From NCBI GenBank assembly GCA_043742785.1, contig JAYTXU010000048.1, positions 8,951 through 72,950 on the forward strand: a stretch of DNA of 64,000 bases, in the 5' to 3' direction. Position numbers and translations under genes: made by a program. Of this stretch, positions 53,581 to 61,494 are shown piece by piece; within the stretch, counting starts at the first letter, position 1, and the number at the start of each line of letters is the position of its first letter. The DNA comes from Candidatus Omnitrophota bacterium (GTDB lineage: Bacteria; Omnitrophota; Gorgyraeia; Zapsychrales; Fredricksoniimonadaceae). The notes under the pieces were generated by a model, which saw only the letters and a program-made list of their open reading frames with translations, made no database searches and had not been told where the DNA came from.

Positions 53581-55164
53581 TTACTTGAGGTAGGTTAATA
53601 ACTTTTTCTTAATGACCTTCCATATCGGTCTAAATTCTGGAACCCTCGTAAAATGACAACAAAATAAAAATGAAGTCCAACCGGCCATGCTCATGACAAG
53701 AAGTTTAATAATCCCGTTTTTCATCGGAATAAACATTAAAAGCATAAACAGAACAAAAGCCATTAAGAATAAAGAAGGAATTAACTGTAAGAAGAATCTC
53801 TTAAGAACCCCCTTAGAACCGCCTAGACGAGTTTTCATCGTCATATAAAGCAAAATAAAATTAGTCAAACCTGAAATACTGCTGGCTAAGGCAATACCTC
53901 CTATTCCTAAAGGAAATATTAAAATAAAATTGAGAACCCCGTTAATCAAAAGACAAATCGTGGCAATTCTCACAGACGTTTGGGTATCTTGAAATGCATA
54001 AAAACCAGATACTAAAATACGGCTAGCGCCAAAAAAAGGTAATCCTAAACTTAAAAATATCAAAGCCTTCGTAGTTATATCTGCGGAATGCTGATCAAAA
54101 GCACCATGTTGGAAAATAATCTGTACTAAAAATGGCGAAAGAACAAAAAGAAATACCGCGCATGGTAAAAGTACAAATAAAAGATTTTTCAAAGAGAACA
54201 TCAATGTCTCTTTAAAGGCAACATAATCCTTATCACTAGCCGATGACGATAAAGACGGCAACGAAGCATTGCTCAAGGCATAAGCAAAAACCCCTAAAGG
54301 AAATTGGACTAAACGATTAGCAAAATAAATGGCAGCAATACCCCCTGGTCCAACAATAACTAAGGAAGCAAATATGGTGTCCACAAAGATATTCATCTGA
54401 TAAACTGCTGAACCCCATAAGCGAGGTAAAAGAAGCTTAGCTATCTTAACCATTCCCTCATGACGCAATTTTCTTGGCCAAGACCAAACAATACCGTGCT
54501 TAGCCAAAGCTCTCCGCTGCAACAATAACTGTAGAATTCCTCCCACCAAAACCCCTGAAGCCAAAATATAAGCAGCCCCCCAAGAAAAGAAAGACGCAAT
54601 CCATATACTAATAATCATCGCAACGTTTAAAAGACAAGATGAAAAAGCCGGAGCACCAAAAGAATTAAGCGTATAAAGAACCCCCATCTGCAAAGCCGTT
54701 AAAGCAATCAAAATCAGATAAGGAAACATAATTCTGGTTAAATCAACAGTTAAATGATATTTGACCGCATCACCAATGAAGCCGGGAGCCATAATCCTAA
54801 CAATAAAAGGAGCAAAAATTAATCCAAAAACGGTTAGTACTCCTAAAGCAATAGCGCTCCATGCTAAAAGCACATTAATAAACTGACGCCACTGTTCTTT
54901 TGTTTTTGTTCTTTGATATTCAACTAAAACAGGAACAATAGCAGCACTTGCTGCTCCTTCGCCAACTAAATCTCTCAATAAATTAGGAATGCGCTGCGCT
55001 ACAAAGAACGCTTCGGCTACCATCCCTGTCCCTAGAAGATTAGCTAGAACCACATCACGAATAAAACCTAAAAAACGTGAAAAAAGGATTCCTGTAGAAA
55101 TGATAGAAGTTGATTTAACTAAACTTGTTCTAGAATGAGGAGGTTGTGATTTATCTATTGACAT
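53581..55164 (-). CDS. murJ: lipid II flippase MurJ
   Basis: 527 aa, polytopic, with the MviN/MurJ N-terminal signature LGFIRDVVLANLLGTGMVAEAFFVAQRIPNLLRDLVGEGA. Confidence 0.9.
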   Translation of the reverse strand: MSIDKSQPPHSRTSLVKSTSIISTGILFSRFLGFIRDVVLANLLGTGMVAEAFFVAQRIPNLLRDLVGEGAASAAIVPVLVEYQRTKTKEQWRQFINVLLAWSAIALGVLTVFGLIFAPFIVRIMAPGFIGDAVKYHLTVDLTRIMFPYLILIALTALQMGVLYTLNSFGAPAFSSCLLNVAMIISIWIASFFSWGAAYILASGVLVGGILQLLLQRRALAKHGIVWSWPRKLRHEGMVKIAKLLLPRLWGSAVYQMNIFVDTIFASLVIVGPGGIAAIYFANRLVQFPLGVFAYALSNASLPSLSSSASDKDYVAFKETLMFSLKNLLFVLLPCAVFLFVLSPFLVQIIFQHGAFDQHSADITTKALIFLSLGLPFFGASRILVSGFYAFQDTQTSVRIATICLLINGVLNFILIFPLGIGGIALASSISGLTNFILLYMTMKTRLGGSKGVLKRFFLQLIPSLFLMAFVLFMLLMFIPMKNGIIKLLVMSMAGWTSFLFCCHFTRVPEFRPIWKVIKKKLLTYLK

Positions 55165-55186
55165 AAAAAATGCTCTTTGGTATATT
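55158..55186 (+). promoter_or_regulatory. candidate rpsT promoter
   Basis: TTGACA (55158-55163), 17 nt, TGgTATATT (55178-55186). The -35 box overlaps the divergent murJ start codon. Confidence 0.65.
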
Positions 55187-55253
55187 ATCGACCTTGTTTG
55201 TTAATCTTTAACCTTGAGTTTTATTTCAAAGGTTATTTACGGAGAACTTAAAA

Positions 55254-55514
55254 ATGCCACAACGTCGTACTGCTATTAAAGACTTACGCAAAAATCATAC
55301 TCGTCGTATGCGAAATTTAGATATAAAAACTGATCTTAAAAAAACTGTCAAATCCTTCGTCTCTGTTGCTTCCAAAGACAAAAATAAAGCCAAAGACCTT
55401 TTAAAAGAACTTTATAAAAAGATGGATAAAGCTGCCAAACGTAATGTGTTGCATAAGAAAACTGCAGCCCGTCGTAAGTCTCGCTTTGCCAAACTTCTAG
55501 CTGCGTCTAAATAA
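55254..55514 (+). CDS. rpsT: 30S ribosomal protein S20
   Basis: 86 aa, highly basic, with AIKDLRKNHTRRMRN...VLHKKTAARRKSR typical of S20. Confidence 0.95.
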   Translation: MPQRRTAIKDLRKNHTRRMRNLDIKTDLKKTVKSFVSVASKDKNKAKDLLKELYKKMDKAAKRNVLHKKTAARRKSRFAKLLAASK

Positions 55515-55518
55515 TTAT

Positions 55519-56163
55519 TCATCGTTGTAATTCCACCAATTCTACAACAAGCTTTTCTAGCGCATGCTCTGGCAATAAACGGCTGCGTTTAATATTTAAA
55601 TCAGCTTCTTCTAAAGCTTTTAATCCTTTTTCAAACTTTAAAGCTCCCAAAACTCTTCCCTCTTTACCCCAATACCAAACCAAAGCTCCCATCATCTGTA
55701 ATGGGAACATTCCTTGATTATAAAACTCATGCATTATCTTCAAAGCTTCCGTTGTTTTCTTAAGAGACATGAACTTCGTCATATCAAAAATATTAAGCTG
55801 CGTCTTAACACCAAAAGTAAAAACCTTAACATGAAAAACAATCTCTTTTAGAGGGCTTTTAAGTTCACCAGTAGACTCTAAGATCACTTCACAATAATCA
55901 GCAGGAGAAACAGCAAAAGATACAAGCAAGAGAGCTGGGTCATTTTTTAGTTTCTCGACATGACGAATTAAAACGACTCTCTTGGAAGAAAAAGATGGTA
56001 GTGCTAATAATGATTTCTTAAGGCTGGTGGACGTTAAATACTGTGCATCTAACGATTCGAAATCAAAGAAAAGAGCCTCTGGCTGAGTTAATACTGCTGA
56101 TTTAAGTTCAAATATTTTTTTATCTTTTGTGAGAGGATCCTCACCTAGAAGAAGATAAACCAT
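55519..56163 (-). CDS. holA: DNA polymerase III delta subunit (compact HolA-like)
   Basis: 214 aa with an N-terminal YLLLGEDPLTKDK typical of HolA. The conserved position downstream of lptE supports the call. It is shorter than the usual ~330 aa. Confidence 0.55.
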   Translation of the reverse strand: MVYLLLGEDPLTKDKKIFELKSAVLTQPEALFFDFESLDAQYLTSTSLKKSLLALPSFSSKRVVLIRHVEKLKNDPALLLVSFAVSPADYCEVILESTGELKSPLKEIVFHVKVFTFGVKTQLNIFDMTKFMSLKKTTEALKIMHEFYNQGMFPLQMMGALVWYWGKEGRVLGALKFEKGLKALEEADLNIKRSRLLPEHALEKLVVELVELQR

Positions 56164-56181
56164 AAAAACCCTTCAATGGTT

Positions 56182-56709
56182 CTACCAATTTTCTATGGTT
56201 CTCTCAACAATACGACGAGAAAGATCCGCCAAAGTATCGTTTAAGGCTTGACTTTCGCTCTTAGCCTGAGAACCACTGGTAAAATAGGTTGCTTCACCAG
56301 AAAAAGAAGGTTCGCTAAAGAAAACTTGACCAGTTGTATTGTCCATCATCGTCAAAGCAACAGTCACACGCAAACGATACTCTTGAACATTTTGACTATC
56401 ATCTGTTCTTAAGTCGTCTCTTTCAAATCCCGTCAGCATTCCTTTTAAAACTAAATCACTTTTATCCGAATCACTTAAACGTAAATGTCCATCTAACTGA
56501 AAACGCTCAATAACAGCCGAGCGGATCTTAGTTTCCAAGAGAGGAACATAAAGACCACGAACATTCTCACTCACAAATTCTACTTTATTTTCAAAAGGTT
56601 CTACATGAAGAGTACGATAATTAGAAGGTAAAAGAGAACCTGTAGTATAGCCACAACCAGATAAAGTAACTACGGAAAGAATTGACGCTAAAAGAAAGCG
56701 ACGTGTCAT
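56182..56709 (-). CDS. lptE: LPS-assembly lipoprotein LptE
   Basis: 175 aa with lipobox LSGCGY, size and beta-rich pattern of LptE, and a position between bamD and holA. Confidence 0.65.
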   Translation of the reverse strand: MTRRFLLASILSVVTLSGCGYTTGSLLPSNYRTLHVEPFENKVEFVSENVRGLYVPLLETKIRSAVIERFQLDGHLRLSDSDKSDLVLKGMLTGFERDDLRTDDSQNVQEYRLRVTVALTMMDNTTGQVFFSEPSFSGEATYFTSGSQAKSESQALNDTLADLSRRIVERTIENW

Positions 56710-57653
56710 TTGTCTCCAATAACTCTAAGACGCATGAGCGCTTTAGATCCCCATGCTGTATCTGCGTATTTGTTCACAATGTCATTGTAATAAATACGTG
56801 CCGCTTTATAATTCTTTTGTTTTTCGTAATATTGAGCTACCACAAAACCATTTTCCGCCTCTTTACCTCGTAAATTAGAAATCTGGCTCTTCGCTTCCTG
56901 CGTCAATTCACTTTCAGGATGACTTTTAACAAATTCTTTAAAACCGTCAATAGCTATCTGCGTAGTTTTTTGTTCATGCTGGGCATTAGCGGAACGCTTG
57001 GTATCTGCCATGGCAATCTGAAATTGCGCAGCTTTAGCCCATTCACTCGTTGGATAATCATTAAGAGTTTTCTCAAATTCATCACGAGCTTCATCATAAA
57101 GACCCTTTTCCTTTAAATAAAGACCAATCTTATACTGAGAAATAGCTGCTAACTTCCCATAAGGAGCATTCTTGATGACGGTACGAAAGATTTCAATAAC
57201 CCTATCATCCCCTCCAATAAACACTTCTGCAATTTTGCCGTGCTTATTGCGTCCCTCTAAAAGCTGATTACCTATTTGATACTCAATTTCAACAATCTCT
57301 GCTGCTCTTTCACTAAAAGGGTATTTATCAATAACCACCTGATACGCTTTATAAGCTTCAAAAGGCTTATTAATCGTTTCTTGAACCTTCCCTAAATAAT
57401 ATTGAGCTTCAGGAGCTTCTTTAGAGCGGGGATAATGCTTAATAAGCTTTCTCAATTCGCTAATCGCTTCGTTATACTTCCTGCCCTCTAAAAAAGCCAT
57501 ACTGTATTCAAGCTGTTCTTTGGGAGTAGATTTAACCGACCATTTAGGATTAATGAACTTACCTGTTTGAGGAGTCCAGATCCAAACGGCATGAGCTTGG
57601 GACAAACAAACGAAGGTAAAAAACAAAATTAGTAAGACTCGTCGAAATATCAT
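56706..57653 (-). CDS. bamD: outer membrane protein assembly factor BamD-like TPR protein
   Basis: 315 aa with a signal peptide and tandem TPR-like helices (EAQYYLGKVQ..., YKIGLYLKEKGLYDEA..., AQYYEKQKNYKAARIYY). 4-nt overlap with lptE. Confidence 0.7.
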   Translation of the reverse strand: MIFRRVLLILFFTFVCLSQAHAVWIWTPQTGKFINPKWSVKSTPKEQLEYSMAFLEGRKYNEAISELRKLIKHYPRSKEAPEAQYYLGKVQETINKPFEAYKAYQVVIDKYPFSERAAEIVEIEYQIGNQLLEGRNKHGKIAEVFIGGDDRVIEIFRTVIKNAPYGKLAAISQYKIGLYLKEKGLYDEARDEFEKTLNDYPTSEWAKAAQFQIAMADTKRSANAQHEQKTTQIAIDGFKEFVKSHPESELTQEAKSQISNLRGKEAENGFVVAQYYEKQKNYKAARIYYNDIVNKYADTAWGSKALMRLRVIGDK

Positions 57654-57659
57654 TGCGTC

Positions 57660-57688
57660 AATGTAACATAGATGCTTTATTTTGTCAA
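57660..57688 (-). promoter_or_regulatory. candidate bamD promoter ending 6 nt from the ATG (leaderless mRNA)
   Basis: On the minus strand: TTGACA (57688-57683), 17 nt, TGtTACATT (57668-57660), 6 nt, ATG (57653). Confidence 0.6.
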
Positions 57689-57694
57689 TTTTAG

Positions 57695-57976
57695 TTAACC
57701 CAATTGTATTCTTAATTTACCCCCTAAAGCTAAAGCAACTCTTTCAAGGGTTAAAAGTGTCACTGAAACATTTGCTGGTTCCAGCAAACGGTCTAAGGCT
57801 GAACGGCTAGTCCCCATTTGGGCAGCTAATCGAGATTTATTGATCTTCTTCTTATTCATAATCTGCTGAATTTGAAAAGCAAGAGCACGTTTCGCTGCAG
57901 CCGCTTCTGTTTGAGCTAACAAACCCTCTTCCTTTAAATAATTATCAAAATTACTACCGATATATTTATTCTTCAT
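57695..57976 (-). CDS. XRE-type HTH antitoxin (HigA-like)
   Basis: 93 aa with the HTH KSRLAAQMGTSRSALDRLL. It lies downstream of the toxin gene and overlaps it by 11 nt. Confidence 0.75.
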   Translation of the reverse strand: MKNKYIGSNFDNYLKEEGLLAQTEAAAAKRALAFQIQQIMNKKKINKSRLAAQMGTSRSALDRLLEPANVSVTLLTLERVALALGGKLRIQLG

Positions 57977-58301
57977 ACTTGCTCTCCTCTTTTAAATCAT
58001 TTAATCTCTGCCTAGCCACCAATAAATCCTCTTGAGATGTTTTCTGCGACTTCTTTATAAAACCATGCAATAAAATAATATATTCTTCTGCCACAGTAAA
58101 AATGACTCTTGAAATCTTATTCCTTAATCTCGTCCTAACTTCCCACAAACCAGGCTCTATCTTCTTGATCAACGGCATTCCTAAAGGCCAGCCAAATTGC
58201 ACCGTCTTAATATCTTCACCAATTGCTTCACGCTCTTGAACGTTTAAGCTTTTCAACCATTCTCGTACCGGCTCATTGCCACTTTGTGTACGGAAAAACA
58301 C
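57966..58301 (-). CDS. RelE/ParE-superfamily toxin (phage Gp49/HigB-like)
   Basis: GNEPVREWLKSL...GLWEVRTRL...RVIFTV...IILLHGFIKKSQKT pattern. I propose the GTG start at 58301 because the track start (TTG at 58358) lies inside a promoter/operator palindrome. The start is uncertain. Confidence 0.7.
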   Translation of the reverse strand: MFFRTQSGNEPVREWLKSLNVQEREAIGEDIKTVQFGWPLGMPLIKKIEPGLWEVRTRLRNKISRVIFTVAEEYIILLHGFIKKSQKTSQEDLLVARQRLNDLKEESKYEE

Positions 58302-58337
58302 ACCACAGAAAAATATCTTCGTTCCATGGCTATTTAT

Positions 58338-58366
58338 AATGTACCATATTTGGTACAATCTTTCAA
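58338..58366 (-). promoter_or_regulatory. candidate TA promoter with overlapping perfect palindromic operator
   Basis: On the minus strand: TTGAAA (58366-58361), 17 nt, TACATT (58343-58338). The palindrome TGTACCA-4 nt-TGGTACA at 58340..58357 spans the spacer and the -10 box. Confidence 0.5.
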
Positions 58367-58476
58367 GTTTGGGGAATTAAATTTTGATTGAAGCTGCCAA
58401 CTACAGACTTAGGGGATAAATCTGCTTGTGCCGGTAATTCTAACGATTTACGGAAAATTTACAAGGAACCAGATGC

Positions 58477-58917
58477 TTACATACCAGCAAAATGATTTGT
58501 CATCAAACCAATTGAAACCTTACTCTTTGAAGGTGTAAGAACTTTAATGCGAAGAGTGCCCTTGGTTTTATGTTCTCTAATTCTAAAGCCTTCTATAAGG
58601 CAATGATTCACTAGACTCAAATCTACTTCTTTTTCTTTTTGAACCATTATGCCTTCTTGAGGAATTGCCAATTCATAATAAATCTTAAGCTTCTCTTCAG
58701 AATGACAATCCTCTCTTGAAGCGACAATCTCATAATCATCACTAGGAAGAATAAAATCAGATTGCCCCTCTTTTTGTTGCGAAGCATCTATCAAGGGATA
58801 TATTCCAATTGTATGCTTTGGCGAATGCCAATCAACAATGCCCCATATAAAAACCCCCACTAAAACTACCACTGCCAATAAAGAAAACTTAATAATTTTT
58901 AATATCATACCTTTCAC
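58477..58917 (-). CDS. hypothetical membrane-anchored protein
   Basis: 146-aa ORF with one N-terminal TM (FSLLAVVVLVGVFIWGIV). No recognisable motif. Confidence 0.45.
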   Translation of the reverse strand: MKGMILKIIKFSLLAVVVLVGVFIWGIVDWHSPKHTIGIYPLIDASQQKEGQSDFILPSDDYEIVASREDCHSEEKLKIYYELAIPQEGIMVQKEKEVDLSLVNHCLIEGFRIREHKTKGTLRIKVLTPSKSKVSIGLMTNHFAGM

Positions 58918-58931
58918 CTCTTTGAAAAATT

Positions 58932-60149
58932 CTATTCTAAAATCCCCGTTTTACAAACCTGGGCATAATTTCTAGCGCTTTGGCGAACCGTTCTCTTCTG
59001 CGTAACGTAATCGATCTCAATTAAACCGAATCTTGGGGTAAAGCCTTGGGCCCATTCAAAATTATCCATAAGAGACCAGTACAGATACCCTGCTACATTA
59101 GCGCCTTGGGCTATCGCTTGATGAACAGCTCTCAAGTGAGACTGCAAGAATTCCCAACGCTGATTGTCATCCTGCGTACAGATGCCGTTTTCCGTGATCA
59201 CAACCGGCACCTTATACTTCTTAAGCTTTAGAAGCACCTGACAAAGGCCTTGCGGATAAATATCCCATCCTAAGGAATTCTTAGTACAGGGATCATGATT
59301 ATTCTTACAAACATCAAAAATCATTGCGCCGATATCCCACGTTTCCAAATCCACCAGCTGGCGTGAATAATAATTAAGCCCTATAAAATCCATGGCTTTA
59401 TGCCGCGCAATGGTATCAAAAATACCGTAGTGAAAGAATTTCTTCCTTATGTAAACAGCTAATTTATTTCTTAAGCTTTGAGTACAGGGGATAATATCTT
59501 GAATATGTTGAGCTACGCCAATCGCAGGCTTTGGAATATTTAATTCTTTATAAATCTTATGGATCTGATGATAAACCTTAATATACGCCCAAATCATATT
59601 GTCATAAACAGCCTTTGTTTTTAGAAATGACTTTGTCTGCGGAGGCCATTGCCCAAAGATATAGGAATGGGAAGCATAGATACTGGGCTCATTAATCGTG
59701 ATCCAATAATGAACATGTTTTGCTAAGGCACGGGTGACAACATCGCAATAACGAAAGAACCTTTCGGTGGATCGTTTATTCTCCCAGGCGCCAGATTGGC
59801 TAAACCAAATTGGATTGGTGAAATGATGCAGGGTCACCATCGGTTCGATATTACGGGCGCGTAAAGCTAGAATAACATCAATATAATGTTGAATTTCTTT
59901 TTGAGAGAATTCTCCTTCGCGAGGCTCAATGCGCGCCCATTCAATTGAAAGCCTGTGCGCATTGTGATTTAAGTCGCGCACCAAATCAAAGTCCTGTTCA
60001 TACAATTGATAGTGACGACAAGCGGCACCTGAATTCTCCTTACCTACCGCCTTCTCCCAGGGCCACCAATCGGAATTAGAATTATCCCCTTCCACTTGAT
60101 AAGAAGATGTCGCAGATCCCCATAAGAAATCTTTTGGAAATTGAATCAT
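58932..60149 (-). CDS. GH1 beta-glucosidase
   Basis: Start moved to MIQFPKDFLWGSATSSYQVEG. The acid/base motif is TINEP and the nucleophile motif is ITENG. Confidence 0.9.
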   Translation of the reverse strand: MIQFPKDFLWGSATSSYQVEGDNSNSDWWPWEKAVGKENSGAACRHYQLYEQDFDLVRDLNHNAHRLSIEWARIEPREGEFSQKEIQHYIDVILALRARNIEPMVTLHHFTNPIWFSQSGAWENKRSTERFFRYCDVVTRALAKHVHYWITINEPSIYASHSYIFGQWPPQTKSFLKTKAVYDNMIWAYIKVYHQIHKIYKELNIPKPAIGVAQHIQDIIPCTQSLRNKLAVYIRKKFFHYGIFDTIARHKAMDFIGLNYYSRQLVDLETWDIGAMIFDVCKNNHDPCTKNSLGWDIYPQGLCQVLLKLKKYKVPVVITENGICTQDDNQRWEFLQSHLRAVHQAIAQGANVAGYLYWSLMDNFEWAQGFTPRFGLIEIDYVTQKRTVRQSARNYAQVCKTGILE

Positions 60150-60156
60150 AAAAAAA

Positions 60157-60165
60157 ATTATATCA
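60157..60165 (-). promoter_or_regulatory. extended -10 element 7 nt upstream of the GH1 ATG
   Basis: On the minus strand TGaTATAAT is followed by TTTTTTT and then the ATG at 60149. No Shine-Dalgarno. Confidence 0.5.
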
Positions 60166-60192
60166 CTAGAAGAACATTTACTTAACAAATTA

Positions 60193-60201
60193 TGTTAAAT
60201 T
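60193..60201 (+). promoter_or_regulatory. extended -10 element 6 nt upstream of the flippase ATG
   Basis: TGtTAAATT is followed by AAACTC and then the ATG at 60208. No Shine-Dalgarno. Confidence 0.45.
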
Positions 60202-60207
60202 AAACTC

Positions 60208-61494
60208 ATGCGAGCTTTAATCAAACGTATTAAGAAGACTTACAACATGATCAGCCCTCTAGAGGGCAAAATCGTTCTCAACAATGTTGTTTCTCTTTCT
60301 TGGCTTCAAGCTATCACCTACATTCTTCCCCTAATCATTTTGCCTTATATTTTCAGAGTGATCGGACCAGAGAAATTTGGTCTCATTGCATTTGCACAGG
60401 CTTTTGTTCAATACTTCATCATCTTGACCGATTATGGTTTTAGTGTCAGTGCCACTAAAGAAATTTCTTTGTGCCCGGATGACAACAAAAAAATCGCCAA
60501 GGTTTTCTCAGCCGTCATGACGATTAAAACAGCCATGCTCCTTTTAAGTCTTTTAATTCTGTGGATTATTGTTCGCTTTATTCCGAAATTCGAAAATGAC
60601 TGGATGATCTACACGCTTAGCTTTGGTGTTGTGATCGGCAATACTTTATTCCCTTCTTGGTTCTTTCAAGGAACAGAATCTATGAAATATATTGCTAAAC
60701 TCAACATTTTTGGTGAATTTATTTACGCATTCTTAATTTTCTACTTTATTAAAAACCCGAATGACTACCTACTCATTCCCCTGATCACCTCCTGCTCTTC
60801 TTTCATCACAGGCCTTATGGGGCAATACATTGTCTTAAAGAGATTTAATATCCCCTTCCAATTACCAAGCGGCCAAGAGATTATTAAACAACTCCAAATA
60901 GGGTGGAATATTTTCATATCCATCGTAGCAATTAATACCTACACAACCACGCGTATTTTTGCCGTTGGACTTCTAACAAACAACACTCTTACAGGATTTT
61001 ATTCCATTGCAGAGAAAATTGCTAATGTAGCCCAAACCTTCCCCCTCTCTTCTTTCTCTCAAGCCATTTTCCCAAGGCTTAGTAAAATTTTCCATAAAAA
61101 TAAAACTAAAGCTTTTGAGATGATGGAACAAATCCAGTTGATCACCATTTACATTTCTTTAATCTGTTTACCTATTATCTTTATATTGTCTCCTTCGATA
61201 ATCCGTCTTGTCTGCGGTGGAGAATACCCAGCAGCAGTTACTTCTTTAAAGCTCTTGCTCATATCTGTATTATTTGTTGCCTCTAATGCATTTCGAGTAC
61301 AATTTCTTTTAGTTTGTGGAAAAACAGATACTTACTCTAAAATACATATCACAATGGCCGTTATCGGCCTTCCTCTTATTCTTATCTTAATCCATTCTTT
61401 CTCTTATATAGGAGCAGCACTGGCAACAGTAGCTATTGAGGGCGGGATACTAGCGATTACTTATTTTAAAGTCAAAAAATTTAAACTATCCTAA
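60208..61494 (+). CDS. Wzx-like oligosaccharide flippase (MOP superfamily)
   Basis: 428 aa with about 12 TM helices and a polysaccharide-biosynthesis-protein N-terminal pattern (LSWLQAITYILPLIILPYIFRVIGPEKFGLIAFAQA). Confidence 0.8.
   Translation: MRALIKRIKKTYNMISPLEGKIVLNNVVSLSWLQAITYILPLIILPYIFRVIGPEKFGLIAFAQAFVQYFIILTDYGFSVSATKEISLCPDDNKKIAKVFSAVMTIKTAMLLLSLLILWIIVRFIPKFENDWMIYTLSFGVVIGNTLFPSWFFQGTESMKYIAKLNIFGEFIYAFLIFYFIKNPNDYLLIPLITSCSSFITGLMGQYIVLKRFNIPFQLPSGQEIIKQLQIGWNIFISIVAINTYTTTRIFAVGLLTNNTLTGFYSIAEKIANVAQTFPLSSFSQAIFPRLSKIFHKNKTKAFEMMEQIQLITIYISLICLPIIFILSPSIIRLVCGGEYPAAVTSLKLLLISVLFVASNAFRVQFLLVCGKTDTYSKIHITMAVIGLPLILILIHSFSYIGAALATVAIEGGILAITYFKVKKFKLS

Noticed and set aside
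57695-58917. Possibility that the TA pair plus the adjacent 146-aa membrane protein form a larger defence island or prophage remnant.
   Set aside because: No integrase, phage structural genes, nuclease/ATPase defence domains, tRNA attachment site or flanking direct repeats could be recognised. The flanks are core envelope (bamD) and sugar-metabolism genes.
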